The translations under genes were made by a program, and so were the position numbers. Shown piece by piece: positions 1 to 8,324 of a stretch of 59,506 bases of DNA. The stretch covers positions 1 through 59,506 of the forward strand of contig JBAYKD010000004.1 of assembly GCA_041664745.1 (NCBI GenBank), read 5' to 3'. The DNA is from Minisyncoccota bacterium (lineage in GTDB: Bacteria > Patescibacteriota > Minisyncoccia > Phycocordibacterales > UBA9973). Under the pieces are notes generated by a model. The model searched no databases, was not told the DNA's origin, and worked only from the letters and a program-made list of their open reading frames with translations. Positions within the stretch are counted from its first letter, which is position 1. Each line of letters starts with the position of its first letter.

Positions 1-2
1 CA

Positions 3-398
3 GCCAAAGAGCTTAATGCCCCAGTTATACGAGAAGACCATAGTCTTTTTATAGAAGCACTAGGTATCCCTGGCCCATATATGAGTTATATAGAGAGAAA
101 AATTCCCGCGAATCTAATAAGTAGAATTATAAATTCATTGGGCAACAATAAAGGATGGTTCGAAGTATCGACAGTTTATGCAGAACCAAATGGAACAACT
201 TTTGAATATACTTTTAAAGTACCTATGACGTTCGGGGATGAACAAAAAGGAGTTAATGCTAAAGGCTGGAATGGTTTAATAAGATTAAATGACGAAAATA
301 GGGCGATAACAGAGTACCCCGAGGAAGAACGCCTCCATATTTGGAGTGAGGGCTATGAAGCAGTAATAAAATATTTGATGGAGAATAATAAAATATAA
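3..398 (+). CDS. hypothetical protein, probably 5'-truncated by the window edge
   Basis: The frame of the listed 81..398 ORF stays open back to nt 3 (AKELNAPVIREDHSLFIEALGIPGPY then MSYIER...). No recognisable motif. Confidence 0.4.
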   Translation, partial: AKELNAPVIREDHSLFIEALGIPGPYMSYIERKIPANLISRIINSLGNNKGWFEVSTVYAEPNGTTFEYTFKVPMTFGDEQKGVNAKGWNGLIRLNDENRAITEYPEEERLHIWSEGYEAVIKYLMENNKI

Positions 399-422
399 TT
401 ATAAAAAAACACTCTATATCCT

Positions 423-450
423 TTCACAAGAACCATTCTTGTGAATTTTT
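423..450 (+). terminator. hairpin plus T-tract after the first ORF
   Basis: TTCACAAGAA-CCA-TTCTTGTGAA forms a perfect 10-bp stem (423-432 / 436-445) followed by TTTTT. Confidence 0.45.
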
Positions 451-504
451 AAATGACAATTAACTCCAATAACAATAATCAATCATATATAGTATAATCA
501 TATT

Positions 505-1488
505 ATGAATGAATTACTATCTCATGTTAATAAAATTTATGGATTTAATTTTAATACTTTTGAAAAAGTTAAGGAGGGTTCTTTGTCTGAGAATTACATT
601 CTTATTGGAGATACTAATAAATATTTTCTTAAAAAATATCGTTTTAATAATGAAAACAAGATAAAAGAAATTCATTCAGTTAAGAATTACTTTGCACAAG
701 ATGGCATACCTGTAATTTTACCCATTAGGAATAAAAATAATAAAACCTTCTTTCTTTTTAAGAAAGAATATTATGCCCTTTTTCCTTTTATTTTTAACAA
801 AGAATTAAAAGAAGATTATTTAACTAATAAGACAATTATATCTCTAGGTGAGATGCTAGGAAGGATTCACTTATTGGGTAAAAACTCTAAGTTGCCTATC
901 AAAGAAGTATTTAAGGAATGGGATAAACAAAAATCTCTAAAAAAAATAAAGGTTATTAATTCAATAATTAGAAAAAAACAAAAAACAACTAATTTTGACA
1001 AATTAACACTTAAAAGTATTGAGACTAAGAAAAAATTAATAAAACTAAACACTATTCTTTTCAAAGATTTAAACTTAAAGAGCGATCATTTAATTCATGG
1101 TGATTATATTTACCATAATGTATTTTTTAATGATGATAAAGTTTTAAAAGTATTTGATTTTGAAAAGACCAATTATTCACCAAGAGTATATGAGTTACTA
1201 AGAGCTGTTTTTCATAGTTTTTTTAATAAAAGTATTAAAAAGAAAGATAATATTAGTAGAGCAAAATTGTTTATAAAAGCATATTGTAATATTTACCCGA
1301 TTTCAAAAAAAGAAATTTCTCAAGGATTAAAATTATTTTATTTAAAATTAATACATGGTGTTTGGGTTGAGGAAGAGCATTATATTAGAAACAATAATAG
1401 AGTAGATAAATTTTTGCAAAATAATTTTGATCTTTTGCAGTATTTGTCTGAGCATTATAATGAATTCGAGAAAGAATTACTCAATTAA
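505..1488 (+). CDS. aminoglycoside/choline/homoserine-kinase-type phosphotransferase (APH fold)
   Basis: Catalytic-loop-like LIHGDYIYHNVFF (HxDxxxxN) and a downstream VFDFE (DFG/DxD-like) motif. The size (327 aa) is typical of the family. Confidence 0.65.
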   Translation: MNELLSHVNKIYGFNFNTFEKVKEGSLSENYILIGDTNKYFLKKYRFNNENKIKEIHSVKNYFAQDGIPVILPIRNKNNKTFFLFKKEYYALFPFIFNKELKEDYLTNKTIISLGEMLGRIHLLGKNSKLPIKEVFKEWDKQKSLKKIKVINSIIRKKQKTTNFDKLTLKSIETKKKLIKLNTILFKDLNLKSDHLIHGDYIYHNVFFNDDKVLKVFDFEKTNYSPRVYELLRAVFHSFFNKSIKKKDNISRAKLFIKAYCNIYPISKKEISQGLKLFYLKLIHGVWVEEEHYIRNNNRVDKFLQNNFDLLQYLSEHYNEFEKELLN

Positions 1489-1571
1489 GTTATTCACACA
1501 AGAATTGTTCTTGCGAATCATGAGATACGTAATCAAAGGGCTTCACAATATATATGCTATATAATAAAAAA

Positions 1572-1599
1572 GTTGCTCCGTTTCGGGGGCAATTTTTTT
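1572..1599. terminator. hairpin between convergent genes
   Basis: GTTGCTCC-GTTTC-GGGGGCAA stem (one G.U pair) flanked by an A-run and a T-run. Confidence 0.45.
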
Positions 1600-1647
1600 A
1601 AATTACTTCATTTATTTAAAATACAAATAATTCTTAAACTTTTTTAT

Positions 1648-2166
1648 TTATAAAAAGTTTTTATAAATTTGAGAAACTTGTGGACCAATACTATTTTGAT
1701 ATTTACCTTTATATAAAATAATATCTCCAAAAGGAACCCAAAAACTTACCTGAGCTATTAACATACCAGGATATATTCTTACTGGTAATGTTGCATATAA
1801 TTGGAAAGTAGTTACACCATGAGATCCAATATCAATCAAATCTGCTGTAACATGAACAAACAACCCCATTCTGGCTGTTCCAGATTTTCCATGAATAATT
1901 GGTACATAAAAATCACTACCAATTCTCTCTTCTGAATGTCCTAGAATAAATTCTCCTGACTGAAGGACTAATCCTTCTTTTGGTATTATTATTTCATCAT
2001 ATAGTACTTTTTTTCTTGGATCTATAATTCCTTTCCTATATCTAATTATCTTATTTCCTAAAGATAAATCATACGAATTAGTAGTCGCTCTCTTTTTATT
2101 AAATGGAAAAATATCAATTTTATTATTTCTAACTTCTTTTATTATTTTATTTCCTGTTAATATCAT
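1648..2166 (-). CDS. dCTP deaminase/dUTPase-fold protein, catalytic Glu position is Gln
   Basis: GKSGTARMGLFVHVTADLIDIGSHGVTTFQLYATLPVRIYPGMLIAQVSFW aligns by eye with E. coli Dcd [52 protein letters not shown]. The TLE Glu is Q122 here (codon 1801-1803). Confidence 0.7.
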   Translation of the reverse strand: MILTGNKIIKEVRNNKIDIFPFNKKRATTNSYDLSLGNKIIRYRKGIIDPRKKVLYDEIIIPKEGLVLQSGEFILGHSEERIGSDFYVPIIHGKSGTARMGLFVHVTADLIDIGSHGVTTFQLYATLPVRIYPGMLIAQVSFWVPFGDIILYKGKYQNSIGPQVSQIYKNFL

Positions 2167-2707
2167 ATAATTTTGAGGGTAATAGTGGGGTAAATGATTC
2201 TCCTGGGTAATTTATAGAGCCATATTTTCCTTCATATTTTTTAAAACTACCAAAATTTTTCCAAAACGAAACTTGACCAATTATCATTCCAGAATATACT
2301 TTAATTGATTTTGTCGCAACAATTTCAAGTGTCCATTTATGAATTGAAGTTGTATGCCCAAGATTAGCAGAAACTTGTAAGAAAAGTCCATACCTACCAA
2401 TTGAACTTCTTCCAATTAAAGACATGGCATATTTGGAACTACCAATAATTTCTTTCGTATTAGCTAAATACATTTGACAAGGCTTTAAAACATATCCCTT
2501 TGTAGGAATAATAATACTTTTAAACACTGCCTTATCCCCATTAAATTTATCAAAAACCTTAATAGACTTTCCCAACCTATAATTATAACTATTGGGGTTT
2601 ATTTGATCTACACAAAATGGAAGAATCGTTATATTACCATTTTTTATTTCTTCAATTATTTTTCCCCCAGTTAAAATCATATGTAGTATTTGGATATTGT
2701 TTTTCAT
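2147..2707 (-). CDS. dCTP deaminase/dUTPase-fold protein (Glu retained)
   Basis: GRSSIGRYGLFLQVSANLGHTTSIHKWTLEIVATKSIKVYSGMIIGQVSFW. The N-terminus MILTGGKIIEEI parallels the neighbouring paralog, so the true start may be Met10 at 2680. It overlaps both neighbouring genes. Confidence 0.7.
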   Translation of the reverse strand: MKNNIQILHMILTGGKIIEEIKNGNITILPFCVDQINPNSYNYRLGKSIKVFDKFNGDKAVFKSIIIPTKGYVLKPCQMYLANTKEIIGSSKYAMSLIGRSSIGRYGLFLQVSANLGHTTSIHKWTLEIVATKSIKVYSGMIIGQVSFWKNFGSFKKYEGKYGSINYPGESFTPLLPSKLYDINRK

Positions 2708-3719
2708 TTTCGACCAAATAATTGATAATCATATTGCTTATATTTGTATTTCCCCCAAATTCTTCTTTCTCATAATCATCAACGTATTTTTTAATTTCTT
2801 CTATTCCAATATCGAGCTTGTGTTTAAAATATGTTAACGCTAAAAGATTAGTTCTTAATAATCTGGCCTTGTCTCTTGACCCAGGAGTTATTTTTTCTTT
2901 TAACATGACAACAACGACAGAAAGAGTATCTGAAAATTTAGTAGTTAAGCCAGATTTATATTTAATTATTTTACTTATAGATGATGCTTCTATTGAATTA
3001 CTTAAATTGAATTTTTTAGATATTAAAGTTCCTACCCCAATTCCCATTTCTGTTGCTATTGGAATATTATTCTTCTCAATCAATATAATATTACCAATAT
3101 CTTTAAATTCATTAGTCTTTTGATTTTTAATAGAAATATTAAAATTACGACCAGAAATATTTTCTTCCCCATACTTATGTCTATAACTATCAATATTACC
3201 CTCATCGGTAATATTGATAGAAAACTTATAATTTTTATTTAATTTTTTAATAATTTCTAATAAATCTGTGTCTAGAGAAGAAACATCTATTCTTATTCTA
3301 TTTTCATCAATTTTTAATGATGATAAAAATTTCATTGTTGTATCAGAGAGTTTATTTATAGCATCAAAAGGAGCTATTGCCCCCATTGCAGTAAAATATG
3401 AACTCCATTCTGGTATTATACTATCATCAAATAAAGTATTGGTATTGCGTGTTCTTAAACATTTTTGTACTAAAAAATATCCTTCCTTAGGAATAGGAAT
3501 GTCTTCTTTTAAATATTTTTTAAACACATTAGTAGTAGATCCAATAAATCTTACACTGTGATCTATCCCAGAAATAAGAGATGTGCATGGTTCATGTTTA
3601 ATATATCCCTCTGACCCAAAAACGTTAGAAAAAGAATTAATCGTTTCTGAATAAAGAGATCGTATTGATTCAATATTAAAATTTTGTAGACTAGTAGATT
3701 CTAAATTATTTTTTTCCAT
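2652..3719 (-). CDS. stand-alone alanyl-tRNA-synthetase catalytic-core-like protein (class II aaRS paralog)
   Basis: By-eye matches to the AlaRS N-terminal core. TSLISGIDHSVRFIGSTTNVFKKY matches [24 protein letters not shown], and VQKCLR matches SQRCVR. YFTAMGAIAP matches FFEMLGNFSF, and IATEMGIGVGTL matches VDTGMGLERI. KITPGSRDKARLLR matches MPSNENRGYVLRR. At 355 aa it has no tRNA-recognition, editing or C-Ala domains. Confidence 0.55.
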   Translation of the reverse strand: MEKNNLESTSLQNFNIESIRSLYSETINSFSNVFGSEGYIKHEPCTSLISGIDHSVRFIGSTTNVFKKYLKEDIPIPKEGYFLVQKCLRTRNTNTLFDDSIIPEWSSYFTAMGAIAPFDAINKLSDTTMKFLSSLKIDENRIRIDVSSLDTDLLEIIKKLNKNYKFSINITDEGNIDSYRHKYGEENISGRNFNISIKNQKTNEFKDIGNIILIEKNNIPIATEMGIGVGTLISKKFNLSNSIEASSISKIIKYKSGLTTKFSDTLSVVVVMLKEKITPGSRDKARLLRTNLLALTYFKHKLDIGIEEIKKYVDDYEKEEFGGNTNISNMIINYLVENEKQYPNTTYDFNWGKNN

Positions 3720-3837
3720 AGTTAGAAGATTACATTTTATTTATATAAATCAGATTTCAATTATTTATTTCAACAAAAACTTTATGATTTTAATCCGTCA
3801 ATGTGTATAAAATCATTTTGAAAAAATAGAAATATTT

Positions 3838-4833
3838 TTAATGATTTAATATTTCAATTTTAACTTTACCTTTTATTGCAGATATTTTAACTGTTCCACC
3901 GATTGGGAATGTAATAAAAGGGTTTGAATGACCAAAATCAGCATTTGCAATAATTGGCATTGATTTTAACTCCTTCTTGGTTTGGATAATATATTTTAAT
4001 TTCTCAATAGTCATTTCTGCTTTTTTTTGAAATCTTCCGATTACAATTCCCCTTACTTTATTAAAATTTGGCTGATGAATTAAAGATTGTAAATTTCGAT
4101 TAAATTCTACTCCAAAAAAATTTCCTACCATATCATCATCTTCAATAAAAATAATTGAGTTTGATATATCAGGCATAAATTTTGTTCCTTGTAGTAAATT
4201 TAGAGTACACAAATTTCCTCCCAAAATAACACCCTCTGCTTCACCTTTATTTATAATAATATATCCCTCATTTTTTTCAAAAATTCTATTGTCTTGATCT
4301 TTATACCAAGCATCATCTGACCATTTTTCTGATGTTTCAATCAAATATTTTTTATCTTCAACTAAACATTTATTAAAATAGTCCAGATTATAATCAAATC
4401 CTTTTTCCATAGCCCAAGTAGAAAAATGTAATCCTGAATAAGTAACCAATCCAGTTCTTGCAGTAATTGCATTTGCTAAAGCAGTAATGTCAGAATAACC
4501 ACACAAAATTTTTGGATTATTTTTTATCAACCCATAATCTAAATATGGTAATAATTCATTTGAATTAAATCCTCCGATTACAGTAAAAATTGCTTTAACT
4601 TTTTTATCTCTAAACGCTTGATGAATGTCGATTAATCTAGATTTAACAGAGGAAGAAAAAAATATGTCACATTCCTTACAATTTTTTGACAAAGTTACTT
4701 TATACCCCTGATTTTCTATATTTTCTTTTGCCAATTGAATAAATGAATCATCTAATAAAGACAGGCTCCTTGCTGGGGCTATTATTCTTATCTCATCTCC
4801 TTTTTTTAATTTTGATGGAATTATATATTTCAT
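3838..4833 (-). CDS. S66 family serine peptidase (LD-carboxypeptidase LdcA / microcin C7 immunity MccF type)
   Basis: GYSDITAL nucleophile motif, C-terminal ADFGHSNP His motif, and an N-terminal GDEIRIIAPA strand. The ORF track extends to 4911, but MKYIIPSKLKKGDEI (start 4833) matches the usual family N-terminus. Confidence 0.8.
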   Translation of the reverse strand: MKYIIPSKLKKGDEIRIIAPARSLSLLDDSFIQLAKENIENQGYKVTLSKNCKECDIFFSSSVKSRLIDIHQAFRDKKVKAIFTVIGGFNSNELLPYLDYGLIKNNPKILCGYSDITALANAITARTGLVTYSGLHFSTWAMEKGFDYNLDYFNKCLVEDKKYLIETSEKWSDDAWYKDQDNRIFEKNEGYIIINKGEAEGVILGGNLCTLNLLQGTKFMPDISNSIIFIEDDDMVGNFFGVEFNRNLQSLIHQPNFNKVRGIVIGRFQKKAEMTIEKLKYIIQTKKELKSMPIIANADFGHSNPFITFPIGGTVKISAIKGKVKIEILNH

Positions 4834-4961
4834 ATTTTTATTATACATTAAACTATTTAAATTCATAACCTTAATACGTTGAATAAATCCAACATTGAAG
4901 TGCAACTTCAAAAAAATTATTTAAATTAACTAAAAATTGATTTTAATCACATAATAAAAAA

Positions 4962-4991
4962 AGTTGCTCCATACAGAGCAACTTTTTTTAT
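4962..4991. terminator. bidirectional hairpin terminator
   Basis: AGTTGCTC-CATACAG-GAGCAACT with an A-run upstream and a T-run downstream. Confidence 0.5.
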
Positions 4992-5047
4992 ATTTCGCAA
5001 CGTTCTTGGAACGTCGTGTTAGAACACACAAGAAAATGAAATACTAT

Positions 5048-5971
5048 TTACTGTCGTACGAGAGTTGTACGTACGTACTCAGTAACCCCAAGCGTAAATT
5101 GCCCCTTTTGTTCATAGACGAACTTTTTGTCAGTAAGCTCTATGACAGTATAGATTCTGTCTCCACTTGAGAGGGTAAAGATATTAGTTGGAAGTACATT
5201 CCAGACATCATTTGCATCTAAAACCCCTGCTGTGTTAAACGACTCCATTTTCCCATTTGTGTAGAAATACCACTTATCAGTTAACAGTACTGGATTTAGT
5301 ATTGATGTGTATTCATAAACATGATTAACATCATACCATTCCTCCTTCGTCATTTTCCAATAACGCGATTTGTTGTCCGCGCCGTTGGATAAGATAAGGA
5401 AGTTGGTAAGAGTAAAACCAACTTGAACATCAGAATTCGCTGTGATATTTTTCAGCACGTATGGCTTTACGATAGCCACACTTACTCCATTAACCTTTAT
5501 AGAAGTTAATGTATATTCAGCATTCTCAGTGATGTTAAAAGGTAAATCGCTACCATATTCTACAACTGTAGATAATGGAGTGACCGTACCACCTGTACCT
5601 GCGGATGCAGTTACGGTGTATGTTACAGTTTCTGACATTATTTGGATATTCAAGTCTGTTTTTACACTTGGAACCAAATAGTAGAAACTACCAGTTCTAT
5701 AATCAGCAACTACAACTCCGCTTGAAAGTATTTTATACCTTTTATTCGGACCAGAGTTAAGATCAATAGAAAATGATTTTCCGTCTTCAACTCTTGTTGA
5801 GTTGTTGGGAAGAATTGGAGAGACTGTTACTCCGTCACATGGTAATACTGTGACAGTGTGGAAAATTTTTACTGGTTCAGGATCCAATGCTGGATCCTTT
5901 TTATTACAACTTTGGCATCCCAGTATGTTTAAATACAGGACGCAAACGAAAAAATACTTAAAATTTTTCAT
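5048..5971 (-). CDS. putative lipoprotein with two beta-rich repeat modules
   Basis: Signal peptide with lipobox (LNILGC). There are two similar modules (TVTVLPCDGVTVSP... and YTVTASAGTGGTVTP...). Confidence 0.55.
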   Translation of the reverse strand: MKNFKYFFVCVLYLNILGCQSCNKKDPALDPEPVKIFHTVTVLPCDGVTVSPILPNNSTRVEDGKSFSIDLNSGPNKRYKILSSGVVVADYRTGSFYYLVPSVKTDLNIQIMSETVTYTVTASAGTGGTVTPLSTVVEYGSDLPFNITENAEYTLTSIKVNGVSVAIVKPYVLKNITANSDVQVGFTLTNFLILSNGADNKSRYWKMTKEEWYDVNHVYEYTSILNPVLLTDKWYFYTNGKMESFNTAGVLDANDVWNVLPTNIFTLSSGDRIYTVIELTDKKFVYEQKGQFTLGVTEYVRTTLVRQ

Positions 5972-6109
5972 GGCCTTGTGTATTATTTTAGTGAAATTTA
6001 CATGCTTTAATTTACCTTAAGTATAGGACATTTTAAGTTTTTTGTCAATACCCATAAGTTAACAAAAGGTGGATAACTCCTACTCCTATATTTTTATAAC
6101 TTAAAAAAT

Positions 6110-6139
6110 AAAATACCTATATATAAATATAGGTATTTT
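6110..6139. terminator. 13-bp perfect hairpin downstream of the Hint-domain gene
   Basis: AAAATACCTATAT-ATAA-ATATAGGTATTTT. Confidence 0.5.
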
Positions 6140-6155
6140 ATAAGAAGTCTTTTTA

Positions 6156-7970
6156 TTAAGGAGCAACAGTATAAACCCAATAACAACTAGAAATTGCAGA
6201 ACAAGTAGCTGCAGTCTTTTGCTTGGTACAAACATAACTACCAGTAGCACTACCACATACACCATCAGGAGTAGAGACACCATTCCAACTACAACCATGA
6301 GTAAGCCAAGGATCCTGTGTACAAGTTGCTTGTGTTCCAAATTGATTACAACTCTGTCCTTCATAAGTAGTAGGACTACTACCGGTTACGGTTCCTGTAC
6401 AATTATAAGTTGTAACATAACCACCACAATAATCCTGAGTACACAAAGTAGCCCCACCAGTACAAGATTTAGTATAACCAGAAGGACAATTAAAGGAACA
6501 ATCTGCTTCACATCCACCAGCAATATTGGGAACTTGGCCAGCCTTACACGCCATCTTATTGTGAACCAAGTATCCATCAGCGTAGTAAGTATGGTCACCA
6601 CCTAGGATAAAGTTGTAGAGCTGTGTATCTGCCTTATTATTTTTGCTCTTTATAGTTTTAAGTAATACATTACCATTTTCTGTTATTAAAGTATCACCCA
6701 CCTTAAGCTCTGTGACTATTATGCCAATGTTCTCCTCGGCTGTTAGGCTTGGATTGATTGACTTCCAGCCATCTATTGTTTTGAATGGGTGCTCAGCTGT
6801 CACGAAGTATCTTCCTCCATTAAATGAATAGAGCTTCTTACTATTTAATTTCGGATCATGAAATCCTAAGACTTTATTATTCGTCTTCTCGCCCTTCAAT
6901 ACATCGCCTATATTCACATCCTGAATATTCTTCGTAGTACCATCCGCCATTTGTACAACAGTATCAGCTATGAAACAGGATGGATAATACGACGGGCAAA
7001 CATAGCCAGTATAGGTATAGACAGGATCAGCAGGAGGAATTACTCCAATAGGTACATCAGTGCAAGTAACACTAAAGGTTGTGTTTGATTTAAGATTGGA
7101 TGGAACACCTGAAGCAGAGACAACTGATCCAATTCCTGAACCACAAGAACCACTTCCATTTGGTGAAGAATATGAGCAAACACAAGAGGTTGGATTGCCT
7201 GTTGTTGACCAGGTAATATTTGCAGTACTATTATAAGCTACAGTCTCAGCTGGTTTACCATTAGCAAAAATTTGTACCCCTAATGCTGGAGGTAGTGGAG
7301 GAGGTGGTGGTGGTACAGACGCACTTACCGATGCATCTCCATAAGCTACAAGATTATAATTACTATAATTATCTATACCGTAGCAATAAATTGAGTAAAC
7401 CATAGAATCTGATACACCATAAAAAGTATGACTTCCAGATAGCCCTGTAAGGCCATTATTCCCATCACAGTAAGTCGCACCTGATGAAGACCAACTCACA
7501 GTTATATTATTAGAAGTACCCTGTACTATAGATGAAGGAGAAGCTGAAACAGATACTGACTTAGGAGATTCATTAAGATAAAAAGATACATTATTTGAGA
7601 AAGGAAAACCTTGGACAACTCCATTAAAATTTATATAATAATTTCCTGAAAGATATCCATTTAGATCAAATACAGTTGATCCATATTCAGAAAGGCCTCC
7701 AGCTCCCATATTAAGTATTGTTTGCGAAGAACCATAAGAAAAAGAAACGGGATTCCAAATAGAAGCATCAATTTGTGCACTAACAGAATTACAATAATAG
7801 CAATCAACCGATGCTGAGGCTATGGTGCTGGATGGAGTAGAAGCATCAACATTGACAGAAACGTATGCGTCACCAACCATAAAACTATCGGCACTCGCGA
7901 TCGAAGGAATAAGATTCACTAAAACAACAAGACCAAGAACAAATAATAATTTATTGAGGGTTTGTTTCAT
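6156..7970 (-). CDS. secreted multidomain protein: Ig-like modules, poly-Pro linker, Hint (bacterial intein-like) domain, Cys-rich C-terminal module
   Basis: The signal peptide MKQTLNKLLFVLGLVVLVNLIPSIASA makes 7970 the likely start (ORF track 8006). PPPPPPLPP linker. The Hint block runs from CFIADTVVQMADGTTK to DHTYYADGYLVHN. There are 15 Cys in the last 133 aa. Confidence 0.7.
   Translation of the reverse strand: MKQTLNKLLFVLGLVVLVNLIPSIASADSFMVGDAYVSVNVDASTPSSTIASASVDCYYCNSVSAQIDASIWNPVSFSYGSSQTILNMGAGGLSEYGSTVFDLNGYLSGNYYINFNGVVQGFPFSNNVSFYLNESPKSVSVSASPSSIVQGTSNNITVSWSSSGATYCDGNNGLTGLSGSHTFYGVSDSMVYSIYCYGIDNYSNYNLVAYGDASVSASVPPPPPPLPPALGVQIFANGKPAETVAYNSTANITWSTTGNPTSCVCSYSSPNGSGSCGSGIGSVVSASGVPSNLKSNTTFSVTCTDVPIGVIPPADPVYTYTGYVCPSYYPSCFIADTVVQMADGTTKNIQDVNIGDVLKGEKTNNKVLGFHDPKLNSKKLYSFNGGRYFVTAEHPFKTIDGWKSINPSLTAEENIGIIVTELKVGDTLITENGNVLLKTIKSKNNKADTQLYNFILGGDHTYYADGYLVHNKMACKAGQVPNIAGGCEADCSFNCPSGYTKSCTGGATLCTQDYCGGYVTTYNCTGTVTGSSPTTYEGQSCNQFGTQATCTQDPWLTHGCSWNGVSTPDGVCGSATGSYVCTKQKTAATCSAISSCYWVYTVAP
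6558..6977 (-). other. Hint / bacterial intein-like (BIL) domain within the 6156..7970 CDS
   Basis: N-terminal Cys344 (codon 6975-6977), a C-terminal His-Asn (Asn483 codon 6558-6560), and internal TAEHPF-type and GDHTYYADG blocks. The +1 residue is Lys rather than Cys/Ser/Thr. Confidence 0.65.
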
Positions 7971-8295
7971 TTTGTTTTTTCTTAAGACTAATAAAGTAAT
8001 AGGCAACTCCTGCGACTATGAGGAGGCCAATTATTGTAAATATAATTATCAATCCACTAGACTTCGCTGGTGTTGGTGCTTGGGCAGAATTAGAACCTGG
8101 CTTTGTTAAGAAATCTTTCTGATCTAGAACGTTGCCTTTATCATCTAATAGGGTTATTGATGCCTTTGGGTTTACACAATCTTTCGTAATCGTTGCAGGA
8201 ATTTCTACTTTTGGATTCTTAAGATCTTGTACAAGTGCTTGGCTCACAGGTGTGATGCATTCTTTACCCTTCTCGTTCACCATTGTTGCCTTCAC
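7951..8295 (-). CDS. C-terminal fragment (TM-anchored) of a split surface protein gene
   Basis: No signal peptide. C-terminal TM segment GLIIIFTIIGLLIVAGVAYYFI followed by KKKQ. Its frame is open upstream to 8385. See the 11-bp duplication at 8352-8373. Confidence 0.5.
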   Translation of the reverse strand: MKATMVNEKGKECITPVSQALVQDLKNPKVEIPATITKDCVNPKASITLLDDKGNVLDQKDFLTKPGSNSAQAPTPAKSSGLIIIFTIIGLLIVAGVAYYFISLKKKQNETNPQ

Positions 8296-8324
8296 GACAA
8301 AGTTGGTAAGAATATCTGTACTCT

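Noticed and set aside
6558-6977. A true mobile intein.
   Set aside because: The host is a secreted repeat protein, not a conserved enzyme. No homing-endonuclease insert is present. The +1 residue after His-Asn is Lys, so splicing is not expected. A BIL/Hint autoprocessing domain is the better reading.
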